From IMG/VR virus record IMGVR_UViG_3300045988_069167: 63,884 nucleotides of DNA. One strand, 5' to 3'. Positions 24,414 through 33,435 of the stretch are shown here, piece by piece (positions within the stretch are counted from its first letter, which is position 1; every line of letters begins with the position of its first letter). The position numbers and the translations under genes are program-made. Under the pieces are notes generated by a model, which saw nothing but the letters and a program-made list of their open reading frames with translations, made no database searches and was not told the origin of the DNA. The DNA comes from a virus.

Positions 24414-24793
24414 TGAGAAGAGTGATATACCTTCCGAAGCACAAATGGAGCATAGTATGTTTCATAGGTTATCAGTCACCCGATGCCGATGAGATATGCC
24501 ATGCTCTTTCTGATATAGGCTGCAACGGAAATCCGCTATCAGAGGCCTATGAGCATTTAATAAAGGAGAGTACGGATAGAGGTCTTACCTATTCCAATCT
24601 ATCAGGAAGAAGGAGTGTTCTTGCCATAGGAGAATGTAAATCTGATGGCAGTATCATCAATACAATCGGGCATGAGCTTCTTCATGTGGTAGCGCATATC
24701 TGTGAGCAGGACGGAATAGATATGATGAGCGAGGATCCATGCTATATCATGGGCAGTCTTTGCGAGCAGTTCTTTCAGGTAGTGCAACAATAA
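24410..24793 (+). CDS. Small HExxH-motif protein (possible minimal zinc metallopeptidase)
   Basis: ATG at 24410 overlaps the upstream TGA. Contains INTIGHELLHVVAHICEQDG. Confidence 0.6.
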   Translation: MMRRVIYLPKHKWSIVCFIGYQSPDADEICHALSDIGCNGNPLSEAYEHLIKESTDRGLTYSNLSGRRSVLAIGECKSDGSIINTIGHELLHVVAHICEQDGIDMMSEDPCYIMGSLCEQFFQVVQQ

Positions 24794-24831
24794 AAAAGAT
24801 AGGTAGATGAAATTTTACCTATCTTTTTTTT
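24792..24831. terminator. Bidirectional rho-independent terminator
   Basis: gataggta(11 nt)tacctatc stem flanked by an A5 run and a T8 run, between convergent genes. Confidence 0.8.
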
Positions 24832-24854
24832 ATCTGTAAAGCTATTTGCCATTA

Positions 24855-25082
24855 TTACTGCCCCAACAAAATACGAATAACAGAACCTACTATTATCACA
24901 AAAGAGTATCTGGTAATATCCTCCCACTCAAACCTTTCTAACTTGTAGTGTTTATACTGGTAATATTCCCTTACTACCATGATAGGCAAAGCAAGCAGAC
25001 CTATCAATATGCTGATAAGCAGCCAACAAGCCAAGCCTGCCAAGTCTCGCTTGTTGAATGCAAGTAATTTCTTCCAAGTCAT
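24855..25082 (-). CDS. Small membrane protein (2 TM helices)
   Basis: 75-aa ORF containing LAGLACWLLISILIGLLALPIMV and SFVIIVGSVIRILL. Confidence 0.6.
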   Translation of the reverse strand: MTWKKLLAFNKRDLAGLACWLLISILIGLLALPIMVVREYYQYKHYKLERFEWEDITRYSFVIIVGSVIRILLGQ

Positions 25083-25092
25083 AGTTTTCCTC

Positions 25093-25641
25093 CTAGTAAA
25101 TTATCCAATAAATAACGAACACATCAAGGAATGCCGATACCTCCAGCCAATACCAAGGTTTAGCCAGCCAATGCCTCTTCGAGATAGCTAACTCCTCGTA
25201 TAGATGGAATGCGTATGCCACATATAGGATATACAGAATAGCAATAATAGCCGTCACCCACCAGCACACAGACAAGCACCATCCAACGCACCCAGCAGCA
25301 GCCACTAAAGCCGCTATCTTATGTACCTTGGACTCGTCGCCTAGGTAGTTAGGAGCGCAGCCAACGAAAGCCAGTCCTCCACACCCGATGAAAGCCAAGC
25401 ACTGCAAACCTTTGTCTAGGTCTAGTATAGCCACCATCATAAGGAGTGCCACCAAGACCATCACCACAGAGAACACCCAGCCGAAGTTATGATTAACCTT
25501 ACCGCCAAGCACCTCACTACCTGTTGTGCCTTGAAGCTGATAGTAGGTATCTGACACCATATCTGGCACTTCAAATCTCATTGCTGATAGCAAGAGAAAT
25601 CCCCCAAGAAGGAGAAAGGAAATCAATGATAATAACCACAT
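25093..25641 (-). CDS. Integral membrane protein (5-6 TM helices)
   Basis: 182-aa ORF, hydrophobic throughout and Cys/Trp-rich. Confidence 0.65.
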   Translation of the reverse strand: MWLLSLISFLLLGGFLLLSAMRFEVPDMVSDTYYQLQGTTGSEVLGGKVNHNFGWVFSVVMVLVALLMMVAILDLDKGLQCLAFIGCGGLAFVGCAPNYLGDESKVHKIAALVAAAGCVGWCLSVCWWVTAIIAILYILYVAYAFHLYEELAISKRHWLAKPWYWLEVSAFLDVFVIYWIIY

Positions 25642-25664
25642 AATCTTTTACTTTTTTAATCGTT

Positions 25665-26282
25665 CTACAACTTCATTACAAGTTGCTGAGGATAGTCGGC
25701 AGTAACATCGAATGCCTCCACCTCCTTGATGGTCTTCATCTCAGACACGGCGGCCTTGTTGGCGGCAGTGACATTGAAGCAACTCATTGCATACATCTCC
25801 AAGGCATCAAGCAACTTTAAAGCTTTGTCGCAATCAATATCAATCTTCATGTCACCCAACCAAAGCGTTGTGCTTTCCAAGCCTGCATTCTTTGCAATTT
25901 CGGTAGAATTTCTTACACTCATTCTTGTGTTGCGATTGAGAGAAGATTTCTCCCCATCGCTCCACGGAATCAGAATCCCATTGATGTAAACGCCATTCAC
26001 GTTTGGAGACTTATCGTAAGCCTCAATCTCAGCAACCTTGGAACGGATGGCATAGGCTAGCTCTGCTGCATCGTGCTTGGTCTTCCAATCTGCATACTCC
26101 GCCTTCACTTCCTCGGCATTGTAATCAGCCACAGACACTGAGCACTCAACACACTCATAGGCGTTCACACCTTCCTTCTCGGTTGGGTCGAAGTGGATAA
26201 GGTAGATGCCACCTTCCACTTTCTCCTTCTCCTTATAATCGCTCTTTGCAATAATAGTCTTAACAAAAGAAATCTTGCTCAT
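25665..26282 (-). CDS. Hypothetical protein, possibly tail-fibre-associated (chaperone or assembly)
   Basis: 205-aa ORF immediately downstream of the tail-fibre gene. The function is inferred from position only. Confidence 0.6.
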   Translation of the reverse strand: MSKISFVKTIIAKSDYKEKEKVEGGIYLIHFDPTEKEGVNAYECVECSVSVADYNAEEVKAEYADWKTKHDAAELAYAIRSKVAEIEAYDKSPNVNGVYINGILIPWSDGEKSSLNRNTRMSVRNSTEIAKNAGLESTTLWLGDMKIDIDCDKALKLLDALEMYAMSCFNVTAANKAAVSEMKTIKEVEAFDVTADYPQQLVMKL

Positions 26283-26381
26283 ACTTATAATTATTTATGG
26301 TTCAAATGTTTGCGCTCCTTGCTTCATCCTCCTTTCCTCCTTGCTTGCGTGGAGAGATAAAGAGATGAAGAGATAAAGAGG

Positions 26382-28331
26382 TCAGCAAGCGAAAACTGGC
26401 AGAACATAGAAGCTGTTGTTCTTGTAGCTGTTGTACGCCTGAGAATTGCAGCACCAAGCGTACGGAGCATTGTTCTGCGTACTAGTCCACCTAGTCTGAC
26501 CATTCACGAACTTATAGTAAGCGTCTGCCACGCTATCCCCAAAGAGCGTTCTCAACACCTCTCGGATGGTGCCAGCATTACTGATATGTACGTACTCCTG
26601 ACCTACAGACATAAGGAAGCCATTCAACTTCTCACCGCCAATCTCTAGGCTCTGACCATAGGCGAAGGCGAATGCAGGTACACTAAGACTTCGCTCCTCA
26701 GCCTCTTGTCGAACCAAGAAGGACGATTGCTCTCCGTTCCGATAGTTAGGGTCAGACGAGGTATTGCCATTAAGGGCGATGGAGGTAAATTGCAGAATCT
26801 GTGTACACCACTGATATTTTTGCAACTTCGTCATATCCTTTAGGTCGTTACAGCGGATAACGAAAGTACCTCTGTTAAGACGAAGGTTCTGGTCTGCCAC
26901 CTTGATGGCGATAGCTTCCTCTGCGGTCTTTCCAGCAGCCACCCAGTCATCAATGTAGTACTCGGTTGCATCAGAATCAAGCACATAGATGCCAGTTTTG
27001 AATTGGTACATGTTTACTTGTATAAGTCGCTGGGCTACTCTTGAAGTATAAGTTCGGGAGTTCTTGTTAAAGCGGACGTAGTAGCCATCCTCATCATCAA
27101 CCCTCACGGTGTACTCTTTCAAGTATGGGACGTAGATGGTCGCCTGACCCTTCTCATCGGTTGTGTAGGTTGTTGCCTTATTGTCGATGGTAACGATAAC
27201 TTCCTTGCCTTCCCAAGGTGTGCCATTGCCATCAGCGTACTTAGTGACTGTCACGATAACCTTCTCGCTTGTCTCCTCATCATAAGGCTCGTAGTTGAAG
27301 GTGATGGTCTTGCTTACACCAACGGAAGTAAAGCCTATTGGAGACAAAGGCTGAGCGTTGGCATACTCAGGGACGGCTACCTGATAGTACACTCCTCGGC
27401 TGACCTTGAAGGTGGTCTTACCCTCCGAGTCGGTGGTGTAAGTCTGAGGTGTCTTGCCATTGTTGAAGAACACATTCACCTTCAAGCCAGCGACACTGAT
27501 GCTCTCAACAGAGGAAGTGATTACAACGGTAACAACCTCCTCGGTATTAACCACCTCGGTCTCCTGCTTCTCTCCTTCTCGGTTAGTGACGATAATCTTT
27601 GTTCCCTCCAGCGTGACATTGCACCTTTCAGCCCCAGCAGTGGCGGTCTCGCACTTTCTGATTGCCTCGTTGGTGTTGTCAGCTGCGGTGTTGGCGTTGG
27701 AGATAGATTGAGATAGGGCGGTTGTGTCTATTTGGTCTAGCTTATACTTATCACCACCAGACATAACTCCATCTCTGTAAACCCAATTACCAGCAGGTTT
27801 GGAGCGTGCAGTTATATCTGGCTCTATGGGAAAATGAAGTTCGTATTTTGCCGAAGCTAGCGGAATAACAGCTTCCTCCGTATTTCCGTCAGCCAATGTA
27901 TAGATAACCCTACAGCCTTCTGCTTGGCTAAATTTCATAGAGGAAACTACCTCTCCCTTCTTGGCATATTCCTTCAGGTCAAACGTAGGCACAAAGTCAC
28001 CAAGTTTCTCCCACTTGGTAGAATCATACTCACCATCAACATCACCTGTGTAGATAAACTCATCATAGGTATCTTGTTTACCTTCCTTATTGTTCTTAAT
28101 AAGGTAGATGTGCTTCTTGATGTCCTTTGTAGGAAGTTCTTGCACTGCTTCAAAGAAGTTCATGTCGAGATTGCCAAGTTGAGCAAGAGGAACAAAGCCC
28201 TTGCCATCCAAAGAGGCAATACCATTAGGTCTTCCCTTTGTTGCTTTCAGCTCACCAACATTTCTCTCTATCTGATTCTTCACTCCTCGCAACACTCGAA
28301 GGAGACCAGACTTATCTAAATAATTTGCCAT
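26382..28331 (-). CDS. Tail fibre / receptor-binding protein
   Basis: 649-aa ORF. The N-terminal MANYLDKSGLLRVLRGVKNQIE is typical of a fibre attachment region. Two carboxypeptidase-regulatory-like beta-sandwich repeats are present (VVTVVITSS...GKTTFKVSRGVYYQVAV and VIVTVTKY...GQATIYVPYLKEYTVRV). Confidence 0.7.
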   Translation of the reverse strand: MANYLDKSGLLRVLRGVKNQIERNVGELKATKGRPNGIASLDGKGFVPLAQLGNLDMNFFEAVQELPTKDIKKHIYLIKNNKEGKQDTYDEFIYTGDVDGEYDSTKWEKLGDFVPTFDLKEYAKKGEVVSSMKFSQAEGCRVIYTLADGNTEEAVIPLASAKYELHFPIEPDITARSKPAGNWVYRDGVMSGGDKYKLDQIDTTALSQSISNANTAADNTNEAIRKCETATAGAERCNVTLEGTKIIVTNREGEKQETEVVNTEEVVTVVITSSVESISVAGLKVNVFFNNGKTPQTYTTDSEGKTTFKVSRGVYYQVAVPEYANAQPLSPIGFTSVGVSKTITFNYEPYDEETSEKVIVTVTKYADGNGTPWEGKEVIVTIDNKATTYTTDEKGQATIYVPYLKEYTVRVDDEDGYYVRFNKNSRTYTSRVAQRLIQVNMYQFKTGIYVLDSDATEYYIDDWVAAGKTAEEAIAIKVADQNLRLNRGTFVIRCNDLKDMTKLQKYQWCTQILQFTSIALNGNTSSDPNYRNGEQSSFLVRQEAEERSLSVPAFAFAYGQSLEIGGEKLNGFLMSVGQEYVHISNAGTIREVLRTLFGDSVADAYYKFVNGQTRWTSTQNNAPYAWCCNSQAYNSYKNNSFYVLPVFAC

Positions 28332-28338
28332 ATTTATT

Positions 28339-28905
28339 TTATCCTATTACAGTTTGAAATACTTGTTGAAATAATCCGTCGATGTCAGAGTCAGTCATAG
28401 CAAGACCAACAGAACCATCGTTGACAAGCAAGCCTATGTTGGTGCGGTCTGTGGTCTTGTAGCCTTTGGATGATACTTTACCATCTGGAAAAGAGACCTC
28501 TCCATATTGAAAATCGGCAAGTATTCTGTGATAAGGTTCTTCGCTGCCATTAACTTCTATTGTCTTTAATATAATTTCGTCAGAATTACTAAGAGATATG
28601 ACTGCACCAAGCTGACTGTCATTTTGAAAAATATCTCTTACGGCGCTTATAGTATTTCCGTTAAGAAACAAATGCCCCTTCATAGAATTTGTTCCATCAA
28701 GCCTCAGATACTCATTTTTGAGTTTATCCCAAACAGCCTGAGCAATCTGATTAATCTCTATCTTATCAGTGGTACTAATCTTTTCATCAAGAGACTCTTT
28801 GACGGATTTACCAGACTCCTCGTCCTTGATATACCTCGAATATGTCAGAGTCTCGTCTTTGCGTCCGCTAACAAGAATGCTATTGTACTTTTTATTTTCT
28901 GCCAT
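28339..28905 (-). CDS. Putative tail-associated structural protein
   Basis: ATG at 28905 (MAENKKY) lies directly after the upstream stop at 28907-28909. The longer tracked ORF start was rejected. Confidence 0.6.
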   Translation of the reverse strand: MAENKKYNSILVSGRKDETLTYSRYIKDEESGKSVKESLDEKISTTDKIEINQIAQAVWDKLKNEYLRLDGTNSMKGHLFLNGNTISAVRDIFQNDSQLGAVISLSNSDEIILKTIEVNGSEEPYHRILADFQYGEVSFPDGKVSSKGYKTTDRTNIGLLVNDGSVGLAMTDSDIDGLFQQVFQTVIG

Positions 28906-28906
28906 A

Positions 28907-29881
28907 TTATTCTTTAAGTTTAATTTGATATTCATTGTCGTCACCAGCTACAAGTTCGTCTGACCAATAGTAGTAGAGGTCGCCCAACTTGTTGGTATTT
29001 AAAGAAGCTTCGAAACCACATTGACTAAAGATAAGTGGCTGTCGGCTTGCGAACCAGATGTATGGTTTTTCTTCCGTTGTTGCGATGGTTAGAGTCTGTC
29101 CGACAAGTGTACCTTCGTACATTGTGAGGTCTGACATGTTTAACTCGCCCATATTCTTGGCTGATGATGCGCCATAATAGCTTGCCTTTACAGTTCCGCT
29201 TGCCGTGATGGTAACATAACCCGATACGGCAGGAATGAATACCTTGTGAGTAGTACTATTGTAATACTCGTCAGTAACATCTTTGCCATCCATAATAATT
29301 TTTACCTGACCGATACTGAAGCCTTCTATAGGTATGAACTCAGCTTCCAGTTTCTTCCCGTTGCTGATAGTTCCGTTAACCACATAGTTCTCTTGGTTAT
29401 CCGCCATTTGAGTTTCGTCATTGATGGTGTAGCTGAACTTGACGTTGTCAACGATGAACGATACTGGGCAAGTTGACTGATTGCTGGTCACGATGTAGTA
29501 GCGAAGATTGAATAAGCCAGTATGCTCACCTTCTGTAACACCGATAGGAACATTACTCATAGAGTTGTGTTCTACGATCCTCAGAAGATTACGCTCTATG
29601 CTGACCATTTCACTATCTTCATACTTCCATGATACCCTGACATTGTAATTACCGTAATCAAGGAAAGAAGGAATGTCACATATCAACACATTTCCTTGGA
29701 TTCCTGCTACTTGTACTGGAACGGAAATCGTGTTACAGAAACAGCCTGACAACTCAACCTTGATGTCGGTAGCCTGACTCATATCGAAGTCAACGAGTCG
29801 CTGAAACTCTCTCGATACATCCATCTTTCGCACCAAGATGTGTAGTTTGAAACTATTTCCTTGTACTATTTTATAAATCAT
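28907..29881 (-). CDS. Putative tail / fibre structural protein (beta-rich)
   Basis: ATG at 29881 (MIYKIVQG) lies about 30 nt downstream of a TATCTTTG box. The tracked TTG start sits inside the promoter. Confidence 0.6.
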   Translation of the reverse strand: MIYKIVQGNSFKLHILVRKMDVSREFQRLVDFDMSQATDIKVELSGCFCNTISVPVQVAGIQGNVLICDIPSFLDYGNYNVRVSWKYEDSEMVSIERNLLRIVEHNSMSNVPIGVTEGEHTGLFNLRYYIVTSNQSTCPVSFIVDNVKFSYTINDETQMADNQENYVVNGTISNGKKLEAEFIPIEGFSIGQVKIIMDGKDVTDEYYNSTTHKVFIPAVSGYVTITASGTVKASYYGASSAKNMGELNMSDLTMYEGTLVGQTLTIATTEEKPYIWFASRQPLIFSQCGFEASLNTNKLGDLYYYWSDELVAGDDNEYQIKLKE

Positions 29882-29908
29882 ATTTTGATACACATTATTA
29901 ATAATAGG

Positions 29909-29916
29909 CAAAGATA
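29909..29916 (-). promoter_or_regulatory. -7 box TATCTTTG (minus strand), overlapping a 7-bp hairpin
   Basis: caaagata on the + strand. An adjacent agatagg(14 nt)cctatct hairpin may terminate the upstream gene. Confidence 0.45.
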
Positions 29917-29954
29917 GGCAGAATATACTCTACCTATCTCTTATCCGTTAACTT

Positions 29955-30260
29955 CTAAATCAAGCCTTTCCATCTGAGGAACTTACGCTTGCGGCTCGCC
30001 TTGCCCTTCTTGCTCTTGCAGTTGGTATGATAGACACAATCTCTGAACAGGTCTCTAACCTTCATGTCGTTGTCAACCAGTTTTGTTCTCTTGAACGTCT
30101 CGAATAGTGAGCGGTTCATGATCATCAGGTTACCCTTCTGTGTAGGAAGAACATAGAAAATTTCTCCATTGTTCTTCTTGGATGCGTAGTCTGCCTTAGC
30201 CGTAGCTTGGCGGTACATGATTTCGCACTTGATGCGCTTGAAAATCTTTGTTACTTTCAT
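29955..30260 (-). CDS. Hypothetical basic protein
   Basis: 101-aa ORF downstream of terL with a Lys/Arg-rich C-terminus. Confidence 0.6.
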   Translation of the reverse strand: MKVTKIFKRIKCEIMYRQATAKADYASKKNNGEIFYVLPTQKGNLMIMNRSLFETFKRTKLVDNDMKVRDLFRDCVYHTNCKSKKGKASRKRKFLRWKGLI

Positions 30261-30282
30261 AATCGTAATTATTTAGTTTGAA

Positions 30283-32427
30283 CTATATGATGGTTGCTGC
30301 CGAAACAGAAACCTTTCTTGTCATTACTCTTGTCTTATACTCTATCATCTTAGGCATTTCCATTTCATTGAAACAGATGTGGAGTCCGATGGCTCTGGTC
30401 ATGAGCAAATCATCGTGTTTTCCGTCTGCCGCCTCATAAACCGTTCCGTTCTTTTCGTAGGTGAGATATTCGTCTAAACATCTGCCGTCTCGCTCTACAT
30501 AGAGTTGCTCACGGATAACCTGAACCAATACAGAGATAACCATAGGCTTGGTAGCTACGTTGGTATGGAATCCATATTTTACTGGAACCTTATTCTTGAT
30601 GTCTGATTCACTCTGCTTTCGTGCATAGAGGTTATCATATACGTCCTTGATTTGGTTCAAGATGAACTCAGATTGGTCTCCACCTTCCAATATATGTTCC
30701 TTGTCTTTTGTTTCCAAGGTGTTTGACTCAATAACCAGTAGGGCATCGTTGTAGAATTTGGCTATCTGAGCAGCCTTCCATGCCAGCAAGTCCATATCAA
30801 TATGACCATACCATTGTGCTACCACGTAAGGTTTGCCTCCTTCCATCATCCAGTAGCGGTCGAATACGCAGATAACAGACCAGTCGGCATTCTTGCTACG
30901 TCCACCAATATCCACTACAACCAGATAGCGGTTGGTTACCTTACAATCATCAAAAGTCTCAGGCTTGCTCCATATCCACAACTGACCTTGCTTGTCTTCA
31001 CAGAATCGCACATTCTGCATACACTTCTTGCCCTTATATCCGTCACCATAAACATCACCGATGAACTTAGGTGCTCGGCATCCTTTTCTGAACTTGTCAA
31101 CCTTGTCTTCGGCAAACACCTTGGCTCCTGAATGCTTGAATGCCTCAATATCATCGGTAGGGTAGCCAGCAGCCATATCGGCATGGTCGGTGAACTTCTT
31201 GCGCTCGGCAATATACCAGTTGATGGCTTCGAGTGGGGCACCAAGATTCCATAGTTTCCAAAGATAGGTGCCTGGCTCTTCTCGGTCGGACATCGTGTTG
31301 GTGTTATTGCGGTTCTCGTATAGCCATTTGGCAAACTCTACCTTCTGTTTCTTGCTTTCAAATTCAAGATGATACATATCGTATATCTCGTACCAAGGAA
31401 CAAAGAATGGTTCGAATTGGGATTCTCCCTTGACTGCTGCAAGCCACTCCTTGTGGAAGAAGTTGCCAGTACCATTGGCGGTGGATTCATAGGCAATCAT
31501 AGTGTATGGTCGGTACAAGATACCATTAGTAGCATTCTGCACCACCTCTTCTGGAGACTTTCCGTCCGTCTTTTTCCACAATCCAACCTCGGAAAGGTGA
31601 ACCAAGTTGTAATCTTCACCATTGGCTGACAGCGGTCGCTCCATTGAACCCACCTTAATCTTGCAGAATCGCTGAGGAACCTTCTTGACGTTTCCTGATG
31701 TTCCGACACCCACAAACTTCGGATCGTTCTCAGAATACGCTTCTCCCATTTCGTAGAGGAACTTGGTAGGAAAGTTTTTCAGAGCTTCCTCGAACATTCC
31801 TCGGATGGTTTCAGCCGTGTCCTTCACCTGAGCAACAATCAGCGAGTTGAGACCCTTCTGCCACATGAGTTGCAGCCAGAGGAAGTACATCTGAATAACC
31901 GTTGAACCTCCCCATTGTCTTGCTTTTAGCAGGATGAGACGGATAGGGCGATTCTTCTTTCTTCGCTCTTCCAGCCATCTGAGAAGTCTTCTCTGCGGTC
32001 TTCTCAGTACAAAACGGAAGGGGAGACCTCCACCTTTCGGTTTGATATATATGAACGTGGCAAAGAAGAAGAATGGGTCATGTTTCATTCTGATGCGAGT
32101 GAACTGCTCCACCAGTTGCTCCATTTCTTCCTCTAGGTTGTACGGCTCGTCTATATCCTTGTGCAGTTCCTCGATTACCGCCTTGCAGCTACCCAACTCG
32201 ATGAGCATCTTGACGAGCGGAATCTTCTTCATCGAAATTGGAAGCTGCTGCTTCTGAATCGGGAAATCAGGAAGAACAAGCGCAAATCGCTTGTCTCCAC
32301 ACCCTTCACCCTTGATGGGGTTGAATGGTGTGTTGATTTCCTTGATGCGTTTCTCGTTTTCCTTCAGAATGCCCAATACGTGTTTGTCGAGTGCATCAGT
32401 CAGTTTGGCGGTTACTTGTCTTGGCAT
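30283..32427 (-). CDS. terL: Terminase large subunit
   Basis: Walker A-like LLKARQWGGSTV, Walker B-like YNLVHLSEVG and the nuclease region VVVDIGGRSKNADWSVICVFD. The start is taken at MPRQVTAK (32427), because the upstream extension lies inside the rhomboid gene. Confidence 0.9.
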   Translation of the reverse strand: MPRQVTAKLTDALDKHVLGILKENEKRIKEINTPFNPIKGEGCGDKRFALVLPDFPIQKQQLPISMKKIPLVKMLIELGSCKAVIEELHKDIDEPYNLEEEMEQLVEQFTRIRMKHDPFFFFATFIYIKPKGGGLPFRFVLRRPQRRLLRWLEERRKKNRPIRLILLKARQWGGSTVIQMYFLWLQLMWQKGLNSLIVAQVKDTAETIRGMFEEALKNFPTKFLYEMGEAYSENDPKFVGVGTSGNVKKVPQRFCKIKVGSMERPLSANGEDYNLVHLSEVGLWKKTDGKSPEEVVQNATNGILYRPYTMIAYESTANGTGNFFHKEWLAAVKGESQFEPFFVPWYEIYDMYHLEFESKKQKVEFAKWLYENRNNTNTMSDREEPGTYLWKLWNLGAPLEAINWYIAERKKFTDHADMAAGYPTDDIEAFKHSGAKVFAEDKVDKFRKGCRAPKFIGDVYGDGYKGKKCMQNVRFCEDKQGQLWIWSKPETFDDCKVTNRYLVVVDIGGRSKNADWSVICVFDRYWMMEGGKPYVVAQWYGHIDMDLLAWKAAQIAKFYNDALLVIESNTLETKDKEHILEGGDQSEFILNQIKDVYDNLYARKQSESDIKNKVPVKYGFHTNVATKPMVISVLVQVIREQLYVERDGRCLDEYLTYEKNGTVYEAADGKHDDLLMTRAIGLHICFNEMEMPKMIEYKTRVMTRKVSVSAATII

Positions 32428-32891
32428 AGCGGTGCATTTAGATAACCCCACAACAGACCAAGTACATAGCAATAGATGTGGACTCCAACCGCCATGCAAG
32501 GGAAAAAGATTCCAACACAGATATATAGGAGAATTGTGAGATTGTATCTTACCTTATTCTCCACGTAGGGGGCGATAAAGCCCATGTAAGCATATATAAA
32601 TCCGCTGAGACCGATGATTGGTGCGGATGATGCAAAAGGATAGCTTACGGCTATGATATAGAATGCTACCATGTGACCGATACCGCAAGGGATTGCTCGG
32701 TAACATTGGTGAAAAACATAGAGGTTGATGGCTACATGAAAGATGTTCTGATGAAAGAAAGGGTAGCTTAGTCGGTTCTGAATAGAGCAACCTTCAAAGA
32801 GACCCATGCCATCATATCCTATGAGCGTGATACATATTATTATAATGTACCCTGAATAAAACGCAATCTTCTCTGACGAAGTTCGTAGCAT
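32412..32891 (-). CDS. Rhomboid-family intramembrane serine protease (minimal 6-TM core, 159 aa)
   Basis: FFHQNIFHVAINL (H-x4-H-x3-N), IGLSGFIYAYMG (GxSG) and GVHIYCYVLGLLWG (His plus GxxxG) appear in the order of TM2, TM4 and TM6. GAAGGAGGAG lies 9 nt upstream of the ATG at 32891. The ORF fills the only gap between its neighbours. Confidence 0.8.
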   Translation of the reverse strand: MLRTSSEKIAFYSGYIIIICITLIGYDGMGLFEGCSIQNRLSYPFFHQNIFHVAINLYVFHQCYRAIPCGIGHMVAFYIIAVSYPFASSAPIIGLSGFIYAYMGFIAPYVENKVRYNLTILLYICVGIFFPCMAVGVHIYCYVLGLLWGYLNAPLCQDK

Positions 32892-33295
32892 CTTTTCTTC
32901 TCCTCCTTCCTCACCCGATGAAGTATGACGTGCATGGATTTTGGAGTGAGATAGAAACTCGGTGCTTCCTGATTGCACACATGCCAAATGGCATCCATCT
33001 TGGTGAGAGAAGGATGCTCCTTGGAATAAATCTTGTATCTTCGGAAAATCTCCTGAAACATTGCTCTTTTCTGTGGATTCATGCTGCTGATGGATTTACC
33101 ATTGAGCATATTGAGAATGACATTGTATGCTCGGTCGGAAGAAACCCAAAAACGTTTGCTTGGAGATTGCAATAGTCTTCGCTCAATCTCCAAGATGCCT
33201 ATATTGTCTCTTACTGATATAATCTTCTTGTAAGCCCTCAATATGTCAGCGTCACGTTCCTTTGTAAAGTCACATCGTGAGCCTTTATGTTTCAT
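32840..33295 (-). CDS. Hypothetical DNA-binding-like protein upstream of terL (possible small terminase)
   Basis: 151 aa counted from MKHKGSRCDF. The ATG at 33295 lies 10 nt downstream of a TATCTTTG box, so the longer tracked start falls inside the promoter. The function is positional only. Confidence 0.6.
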   Translation of the reverse strand: MKHKGSRCDFTKERDADILRAYKKIISVRDNIGILEIERRLLQSPSKRFWVSSDRAYNVILNMLNGKSISSMNPQKRAMFQEIFRRYKIYSKEHPSLTKMDAIWHVCNQEAPSFYLTPKSMHVILHRVRKEEKKRCYELRQRRLRFIQGTL

Positions 33296-33305
33296 ATATA
33301 TAAGG

Positions 33306-33313
33306 CAAAGATA
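33306..33313 (-). promoter_or_regulatory. -7 box TATCTTTG (minus strand), leftward packaging operon
   Basis: caaagata on the + strand. Divergent from the box at 33396. Confidence 0.5.
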
Positions 33314-33395
33314 CACAAATGTATTGAAATAACCAAATTAATTGGATACAATTAAGTATAGTTAACGGATAAGATTAATAATAAGTTGAAAAGCG

Positions 33396-33403
33396 TTATT
33401 TTT
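33396..33403 (+). promoter_or_regulatory. -7 box TATTTTTG, rightward head operon
   Basis: 32 nt upstream of the ATG at 33436. Confidence 0.5.
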
Positions 33404-33435
33404 GTGCATTGATTTATAAATTTATACATATATAT

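Noticed and set aside
30283-32987. Longer upstream starts for terL (32499), the rhomboid gene (32987) and the upstream DNA-binding-like gene (33316).
   Set aside because: The extensions run through the neighbouring gene or through the TATCTTTG promoter box, and they translate to non-protein-like sequence. Internal ATGs with better context were chosen instead (32427, 32891 with an SD, and 33295).
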